Positions 58,198 through 64,000 of a stretch of DNA of 64,000 nucleotides are shown here, in pieces. The position numbers and the translations under genes are program-made. How positions within the stretch are numbered: the first letter of the stretch is position 1; each line of letters starts with the position of its first letter. The notes under the pieces are model-generated. The model was not told the origin of the DNA, ran no database searches, and saw only the letters and a list, made by a program, of their open reading frames with translations. The stretch comes from a virus: the IMG/VR virus record IMGVR_UViG_3300032032_000003, positions 7,553 through 71,552 of that record. One strand, 5' to 3'.

Positions 58198-58782
58198 TCA
58201 CTTCTTACCAATTCCCATAAATCTCTTCAATGGATTAGATTTACCATTTACAAAATCCCAAGGGCCTTCATAAGGTAACTCGTCTAACATAATATAATCG
58301 GTAAGGTTATTTTTAAGTGCAAACAAATCTATATCTTCGTATGCTCTAACATGATCTTTTTCACTAAAATCATTATTACCTTGTATTATATAATGTGTAC
58401 CCTCGGGTATATTATCAAACCACGTATCATATACTTTCTGACTAACGTGTTCTGTACTTGTATTTATTACTAAATCAGGTGTGTAATCGTAGGAATACTT
58501 AGACATACACCCACCCCAAGTAGTGTATTTTTGTGCACACCACTCTAAATAAAATTCTTGTTTATCAACACAGGTTATATCCTCAATGGTTAACATGTCT
58601 GCCAACACACCATACCAGGATCCAAAAATAATACATGACTGAACCCGTGGAAAGCGCTGGTTTACCTCGTCTACTAACCAAGCTTTTGCGTTTATTTGAC
58701 TTGGCCAAAAAGCATCAAGTCCATCTGGGTGGGTTCTAATTAGTTCCATCCAACGTTCTAGTTGTGTGTGATTAAAGTTCAT
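58198..58782 (-). CDS. Class I SAM-dependent methyltransferase-like protein
   Basis: IFGSWYG, CVD, DLVINTSTEH, IQGNN, RFMGIGKK; paralogous to 1913..2581. Confidence 0.7.
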   Translation of the reverse strand: MNFNHTQLERWMELIRTHPDGLDAFWPSQINAKAWLVDEVNQRFPRVQSCIIFGSWYGVLADMLTIEDITCVDKQEFYLEWCAQKYTTWGGCMSKYSYDYTPDLVINTSTEHVSQKVYDTWFDNIPEGTHYIIQGNNDFSEKDHVRAYEDIDLFALKNNLTDYIMLDELPYEGPWDFVNGKSNPLKRFMGIGKK

Positions 58783-59482
58783 TTTCTATTTTCCTTGCAA
58801 GACTTTGTATTGATTCCGGGCCAGGGTGTCCTCCATCTTCTGTATAGTCTATTTGTTGAAGTTTCATCTTTTTAAATTTCTTTTCCCAGTACATAAGATG
58901 TTTTGTTTCGTTCAAATCAAACCATGTCCATTCAATTAGTTTTGTATTCCCTTTACACATCATTTCAACAGAGTCCATTACTAATTTAGAATATTCAATT
59001 AAGTTTAATTCGTTTCTTTGTATAAAATCACTATATGGCTTGTTTAACCATGGGCCTATTTTGTCAATATAATCTGGCTGTCTAAAATCTCCTATTCTAA
59101 AAAATGTTGTCCAACCCATCACAACCATATATGGCCAGCCATTTTCTTTAACTTGATCTATAAGTTTCATCCAGAAATGAAAATTAGATTCTGCTGGATA
59201 ACCAAAATTGATTACCTGCCTTTGTGTTTTAAGAACATTATGTAATTTTTCTTTATCTTGTAATTGATATCCTGCTGTAGTGGAACATCCAAACAATAGA
59301 ACAGATTCTTTCCATTTAGTATAGTCAGGCAGTTGACGATCTCTATTAGTTTGCAATCCATTAAGATCATTACCTTTTGCTGTTGCTATAGGTTTGTAAT
59401 ATCTACTTCTCATGGCATAAGGAGTATCTCCATCTAGGTTCCCTAATGGTGTGTCATAGATTTTCATTTTATTCCTTTCCAT
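58772..59482 (-). CDS. SGNH/GDSL-like hydrolase or acyltransferase
   Basis: LFGCSTTAG (block I), INFG...ESN, D.GHPG (DxxH). Confidence 0.65.
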   Translation of the reverse strand: MERNKMKIYDTPLGNLDGDTPYAMRSRYYKPIATAKGNDLNGLQTNRDRQLPDYTKWKESVLLFGCSTTAGYQLQDKEKLHNVLKTQRQVINFGYPAESNFHFWMKLIDQVKENGWPYMVVMGWTTFFRIGDFRQPDYIDKIGPWLNKPYSDFIQRNELNLIEYSKLVMDSVEMMCKGNTKLIEWTWFDLNETKHLMYWEKKFKKMKLQQIDYTEDGGHPGPESIQSLARKIENEL

Positions 59483-60054
59483 ATTACATTGTTTTTAGGC
59501 ATCCATTTATACCCTTCTTCAACATCTATATAATAAACGTTTTGTAAAAACTCTGAACCCGGGTCAACATCAAACCAAAATCTAGATTCTAATTTTATAT
59601 TTTTAAATGAATCTAATTTGTATGGCTCTCTACTGTGGCCTGGAACATGTCTTTTATGTTGATACAAGGCATTCATTCCTTTTGCATCAACATCATGTGT
59701 CATGTATATTATTTTAAAACCTTCTTCTTTTGCTTTCTTTACACAATAGTCCCACAAATAAAATCCTAATTGATTGTGTCTAAATTCTTTTAATATGTGA
59801 TAACGACAAACTCTAACTGCAACATCAGGTGTTCCCACATAAGTATCTGGCTCATAAGAACAAAACCCTGCAATCTTATCAAACTTATCGTAACGACTAT
59901 TGCATGTTATTAGTAAAGGTGTTCCGGGTGTTGTCTCTACATTATATTTGTCGGGAGTAATAGATGTATTACCCTCTTCTAATGCTTGTTCTTGAATTAA
60001 CCTTACTGCTGACTCAAGTTCAGTGCCTTTTATGTCGTCAATAATCTTATGCAT
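59464..60054 (-). CDS. GNAT-family acyltransferase
   Basis: RYHILKEFRHNQLG..L.......AK..G...I.M motif A; ALY motif B. Confidence 0.65.
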   Translation of the reverse strand: MHKIIDDIKGTELESAVRLIQEQALEEGNTSITPDKYNVETTPGTPLLITCNSRYDKFDKIAGFCSYEPDTYVGTPDVAVRVCRYHILKEFRHNQLGFYLWDYCVKKAKEEGFKIIYMTHDVDAKGMNALYQHKRHVPGHSREPYKLDSFKNIKLESRFWFDVDPGSEFLQNVYYIDVEEGYKWMPKNNVIWKGIK

Positions 60055-60704
60055 TCAAAGTCCTTCTGTCCATCAATTGATGCTATTAAATAATGCCTTA
60101 AATCATTTCCCTTATGATAAACTGCATGCTTATATCCTATGTTTAAAAAGTAACATCTTTTTGTCTTCATTTCAACTACTTTGTGTTCTCCGTTTACCCA
60201 AAAATGATTTTCAACTCCTTCGTTGCCACTTAAAGGAATGATTACCCTCATGGCATAAGTTGTATTATAATCTATGTGTGGTGGTACCTGTCCTCCAGGA
60301 CGCATGCGAGAGAAACGAACCCGTATCAATTTATCGTGGAAAGCTCCATTGAGATGATGTTGTAGTGTGGAGTCCTTGTAAAAATCAACGGGTTCGTCCC
60401 AATTATGTTCGTCCATAGAGAACGGAATCTTGCGTGAAATTTTTTGTTTGGTTGTGTATGTTGAGGCGTCTTCTAATTCTTCTTGTTTACGACATTCTGT
60501 TAAATGGAATGTTTCTACGTCTTTGTAAGTATCAGATGCAATTGAATTACTAGCTACTGCTAGGCCTCTGTGTGATGTGAAATTATCTTGCCACTTGTCA
60601 TAATGTTCCCACAGAAAATCTTCTATGAGATTGTAATCTAATTCTATTGGTAGTTCGGCAATATGTGGATAGTGCCTCTTGTTATATTTTAACATCTCGA
60701 TCAA
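60030..60704 (-). CDS. Aspartyl/asparaginyl beta-hydroxylase-like 2OG-Fe(II) oxygenase
   Basis: RVRFSRMRPGGQVPPHID (HxD), RV.IPL, YFLN.G.KHAV...G...R..LI. Confidence 0.8.
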   Translation of the reverse strand: MIEMLKYNKRHYPHIAELPIELDYNLIEDFLWEHYDKWQDNFTSHRGLAVASNSIASDTYKDVETFHLTECRKQEELEDASTYTTKQKISRKIPFSMDEHNWDEPVDFYKDSTLQHHLNGAFHDKLIRVRFSRMRPGGQVPPHIDYNTTYAMRVIIPLSGNEGVENHFWVNGEHKVVEMKTKRCYFLNIGYKHAVYHKGNDLRHYLIASIDGQKDFECIRLLTT

Positions 60705-61422
60705 TCATCCTAATAAGTTGTCCACCTAGATCTAAAGGATGCCAAATAACTCTCCTGGCTGTCCTGTGATGTACTTCGTGGAACCCTTCACCTAATGTTA
60801 ATAATCCTACCCACATATCACTATGAGCTTCTCTGCCCCTATGTGAAAATGTGAATACCAACGATCCTATCATTTTAGCAAACCCTGCTGGAATAAGCCA
60901 AGCATATAGTAGTGCATAAGGATCTATAATAGTTAATAGTATTGCCCAAACACCAACGACATGCCAATAATATTTAACTTGTGATCTGTGTAATTTGTCT
61001 TTTAATAAATCCCTAACAAATTTGAAATTTATATCTATAAGAACTTGTCCAAAGTATGCTAACATTACTCCTCTATAATAAGGCGAGTGTGGGTCTTCCT
61101 TTGTGTCAGCATATTTATGATGTTCACGATGATTAGCAGCCCAAGTAAGAGCAGGGCCAATCATCATTATATGAGGCCCGAATAATAATACATATTCAAA
61201 CCATCTAGGGCATTTAAAATTTCTGTGTGAGAAATATCTGTGATATCCCATTGTAACACCCAACATAATATAACAATACATGCCAACTGCAATTGCTATT
61301 GTAGCGGGTGTCCAATTAAATAGGAATAAAGAGAGAACAGCGGTTACTTGAGCAATAAGCTGTCCTGCCAAAAGGGTTACTGGTGCCCATGATTTGTTTT
61401 GTTTAAATACTGCTTTTCTCAT
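60682..61422 (-). CDS. Membrane fatty-acid desaturase (delta-9/DesC-like)
   Basis: His boxes GYHRYFSHR, HREHH..ADT..DPHSP and GEGFHEVHH; TM helices. Confidence 0.92.
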   Translation of the reverse strand: MRKAVFKQNKSWAPVTLLAGQLIAQVTAVLSLFLFNWTPATIAIAVGMYCYIMLGVTMGYHRYFSHRNFKCPRWFEYVLLFGPHIMMIGPALTWAANHREHHKYADTKEDPHSPYYRGVMLAYFGQVLIDINFKFVRDLLKDKLHRSQVKYYWHVVGVWAILLTIIDPYALLYAWLIPAGFAKMIGSLVFTFSHRGREAHSDMWVGLLTLGEGFHEVHHRTARRVIWHPLDLGGQLIRMIDRDVKI

Positions 61423-61730
61423 TGATCCTTTACTCTGGAGCGAAATTTACGAACTGTTCCATCATAAAATAACATACGAATCCAAGGAGTACCTCTCCTC
61501 ATTCTAGGGACTGTATATTCCCAACCTTGATCTTCATTGTCTACCCATATGACGTGATAGCCTATCCAGCGGTTGCTCGGATACCACCTGGCACGTCCTC
61601 CCTCCGCAATCAACTTTTCCAATGTCCAAAAATAGCAATTGTTCTTCGAAGTAAAGAGCCTAACAGGCCAAGACCAGAAGAATATCAACATCAGGAAGAA
61701 GGTAAATAATACTCTAAGTTTCAATTTCAT
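61419..61730 (-). CDS. Small membrane-anchored hypothetical protein, first gene of the enzyme operon
   Basis: N-terminal TM helix; TATAAATA at 61742-61749; ATGA overlap with the desaturase. Confidence 0.7.
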   Translation of the reverse strand: MKLKLRVLFTFFLMLIFFWSWPVRLFTSKNNCYFWTLEKLIAEGGRARWYPSNRWIGYHVIWVDNEDQGWEYTVPRMRRGTPWIRMLFYDGTVRKFRSRVKDQ

Positions 61731-61741
61731 TCCTATAAGAG

Positions 61742-61842
61742 TATTTATAGTAGAACTAAAGCAGTTTTATCATCTCTCTCATAGAGATTTATAAGAGTTT
61801 ATTGATTCTTTTAAGTCTTTTGGTGTTGTAGAATTATAAATA
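61742..61842. promoter_or_regulatory. Back-to-back late promoters (minus 61742-61749; plus 61835-61842)
   Basis: TATAAATA on each strand in the divergent intergenic region. Confidence 0.75.
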
Positions 61843-61925
61843 CACTATAACTTATATAATTTCTTTGTCATATACCGTATAGCGGCCTAATGATGTGCTT
61901 AACCAATTTAGGGGACAAGGAAACC

Positions 61926-63503
61926 ATGAAAAAATTACTGTTAATCGTAGCTACAATGGCTATGTTCTCAGCAGGAAACGTGTTTGCTGATCAAACAGGA
62001 AACTGCGTGGCTGGTACTGAATTTTGTGAAAACAATAATCAGACTACCACATCTACCGGAACCAACACGAACACCAACACGAACACCAACACGAACACCA
62101 ACACTAGCACAAATACGAATACCAATACCAACACGAGCACTTCGACGGCCACAAACACGAACAACAATACGAATACCTCGACGAACACCAACACGAATAC
62201 GAATACGAACGTGAACACCAACACGAACACCAACGCTAATACTAACGTGAACACGAATACTTCTACCTCGACGAACACCAACACCAACAACAATACCAAC
62301 GTGAACACGAATACCAACGCTAACACGAACACAAACACGAATACCAATACGAATACCAACGCTAATACCAATACGAACACCAACGCTAATACGAACAACA
62401 CCACGTATAGCGGAACCAACACGAATAACAACACGAACACGAATACCAACGCTAATACGAACACGAACACTAGCACAAGTAACAACACGAATAACAATAT
62501 AAGCTCAGGTGGGCTAACCAACACTAACACCAATACCAACACGAATAATAGCACTAGCACAAGTAATAACACCAATGCTAATACTAACGTGAACACGAAT
62601 AATAACACCAGCAATAACACGAATAACAACACGAATAACAACACGAACACGAATAATTCAACAGTAAACTCCACGGCCAACAACACAAATACAAACGTGA
62701 ATACGTCAACTGTTGATCAAAATGTTAATAGTAATTCAACAAGCAATAATACGAATACTAACAATAATAATAACACCTCTGACAGCACATCTAACAATAC
62801 AAACAATAATAATAACACAAGCACAAGCACATCAGATAGTAATGTAACAACAAATAATAAGAACGAAAATACCAACACAAATAATAATAAAAATGAGAAC
62901 ATTAATAAAACAGATCAAACGATCAAACAAGAAATTACAACAAAGGCTCCACCGGCTAGTGCTATTGCACCTTCCATTGGGTCTTCTTACTCTCAGGATT
63001 TATGTACCACAGGTATTAGTGGTGCTTTCCAAGGGCAAGTATTTGGCCTCTCAGGCGGTAAAAGTATTAGGGATATGAACTGTGAAAGAATTAAATTATC
63101 CAAAACAGTTTACGATATGGGAATGAAAGTTGCAGCAGTTAGTTTAATGTGTCAAGATGATAGAGTATTCCAAGCGATGGAAATGGCTGGAACACCTTGT
63201 CCTTATATGGGCAAGATTGGAGATGAAGCTACACTAGCATGGAATGATAATTCTCAAGAAAGGCCTGATTACAAAGACAACAGAAGGATGCTTCAGGATA
63301 GACAAGATAGAATCGAAGAAGAACAAAAGCAGAAAGAGCGAGAAGAGAAAGAACAAAGGGAACAGGAAGAATACGAAGCAGAAGCACCTAAAAGAGACTT
63401 TATGGAACAATGTAAAGGATCAAGACATACCTCTGGTAAACATGAGGGTTTAAGAAAATCAGGGTCAACGTGTAGAAGAGAATGGAATTCTTTAAACGAA
63501 TAA
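61926..63503 (+). CDS. Secreted protein with a ~285-aa Asn/Thr repeat and a Cys-containing C-terminal domain
   Basis: Signal peptide MKKLLL...VFA-D; (NT)n tract; APPASAIAPS..DLC..G.SGA.Q....G.SGG...D.NCER.KLSK..YDMGMKVAAVSLMCQD.RVF.AM.MAGTPCP, a motif I recall from marine phage proteins. Start moved to 61926. Confidence 0.85.
   Translation: MKKLLLIVATMAMFSAGNVFADQTGNCVAGTEFCENNNQTTTSTGTNTNTNTNTNTNTNTSTNTNTNTNTSTSTATNTNNNTNTSTNTNTNTNTNVNTNTNTNANTNVNTNTSTSTNTNTNNNTNVNTNTNANTNTNTNTNTNTNANTNTNTNANTNNTTYSGTNTNNNTNTNTNANTNTNTSTSNNTNNNISSGGLTNTNTNTNTNNSTSTSNNTNANTNVNTNNNTSNNTNNNTNNNTNTNNSTVNSTANNTNTNVNTSTVDQNVNSNSTSNNTNTNNNNNTSDSTSNNTNNNNNTSTSTSDSNVTTNNKNENTNTNNNKNENINKTDQTIKQEITTKAPPASAIAPSIGSSYSQDLCTTGISGAFQGQVFGLSGGKSIRDMNCERIKLSKTVYDMGMKVAAVSLMCQDDRVFQAMEMAGTPCPYMGKIGDEATLAWNDNSQERPDYKDNRRMLQDRQDRIEEEQKQKEREEKEQREQEEYEAEAPKRDFMEQCKGSRHTSGKHEGLRKSGSTCRREWNSLNE
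62040..62900 (+). repeat. Coding low-complexity (AAY-ACN)n repeat
   Basis: Long run of AAC/AAT and ACN codons. Confidence 0.9.
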
Positions 63504-64000
63504 TATTTGGTCTTTTGTTATGTGTTAGTTATGGAGCTAACGCAGACAATAACACTAATTGCAGTAACAGTCAGGACTGTTATAATAGTGGAGTCTACAT
63601 TTACGAAGGCGGTCAAGACCTTGTAGACCTTTATAATATGTCCGGCACTACTAACCTCAATTCAAGCGATGATAGTTGGTCAAGTCAAGTATCTCTTGGC
63701 ATGGAATGGGATCGTTGGGGACAAACTTTTGGACATGCTAGAATGTCTACCAATGGTTGTGTAAATCTTAGAGGTGGGACGTCAGGTGGTAATAGTAATG
63801 TCTGTACAGACTACACACCACAATCTTTACCTTATAAAAACTTTACCTTATATCCAATGTGGACTGATCACATCAGAGGAACAGCATCAGGTGGACAAAC
63901 TTCTAAGATGTTATTTAAAGACTTTGGTGATTATGTTGTTTTTGGTTGGTATTACATGAGAGAATATAATAGAAGTTCAAGTAATAGTTTTGAAGCAATA
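63482..64000 (+). CDS. Partial secreted protein with a NIDO-like extracellular domain (not in the ORF track)
   Basis: Open to the window end: signal peptide MEFFKRIIFGLLLCVSYGANA, then DDSWS..V.LG..W..WG.TF...MSTNGC...YPMWTD, resembling the NIDO 'DD...LGF.F.FYG....TNG...P.W.D' pattern. Confidence 0.7.
   Translation, partial: MEFFKRIIFGLLLCVSYGANADNNTNCSNSQDCYNSGVYIYEGGQDLVDLYNMSGTTNLNSSDDSWSSQVSLGMEWDRWGQTFGHARMSTNGCVNLRGGTSGGNSNVCTDYTPQSLPYKNFTLYPMWTDHIRGTASGGQTSKMLFKDFGDYVVFGWYYMREYNRSSSNSFEAI

Noticed and set aside
62039-62686. 215-aa Val/Leu/Phe-rich minus-strand ORF
   Set aside because: Antisense shadow of the (NT)n tract
62040-62900. Possible CRISPR array or non-coding satellite
   Set aside because: No constant repeat with unique spacers. 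It is an in-frame Asn/Thr codon tract with synonymous variation.
1-64000. Alternative genetic code, tRNAs, rRNAs, integrase or inteins
   Set aside because: Core genes are full length under the standard code and end in TAA, TAG or TGA. Intergenic gaps are short and show no cloverleaf. I recognised no recombinase or intein motifs by eye.

Overview
This window is a 64-kb, AT-rich, gene-dense segment of a T4-like myovirus genome, probably from an aquatic phage, read with the standard genetic code. The evidence is T4 core homologs (gp8, gp7-like, gp6, gp25, gp5, gp27-like, gp53, gp48, gp4, gp2, gp54-like, gp26, gp51, tape-measure-like protein, gp32, gp59, gp33, a VrlC/DUF4815 virion protein) and many TATAAATA late promoters. 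Around this core sits a large set of tailoring enzymes. The main block is a ~15.5-kb tightly coupled operon behind a late promoter: desaturase, Asp/Asn beta-hydroxylase-like oxygenase, GNAT, SGNH-like protein, methyltransferase, six tandem twitch/SPASM radical SAM enzymes, a two-domain GT10-like protein and a carbamoyltransferase. Elsewhere there are glycosyltransferases, 2OG oxygenases, an epimerase and a B12-radical SAM enzyme. Several virion or secreted proteins carry low-complexity tracts ((Asn-Thr)n, (Tyr-Ser/Thr-Gly-x)n, collagen) that are candidate substrates. Other signals: a probable -1 frameshift joining gp26 and gp51 just before the tape-measure gene; late promoters exactly 5 nt upstream of ATG (leaderless mRNAs); an 88-aa domain duplicated across a gene boundary with charge swaps; a duplicated early-promoter cassette; and a repeat in the gene 32 leader. 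I saw no tRNA, rRNA, CRISPR array or integrase. All product calls come from motif recognition and synteny, not database searches.
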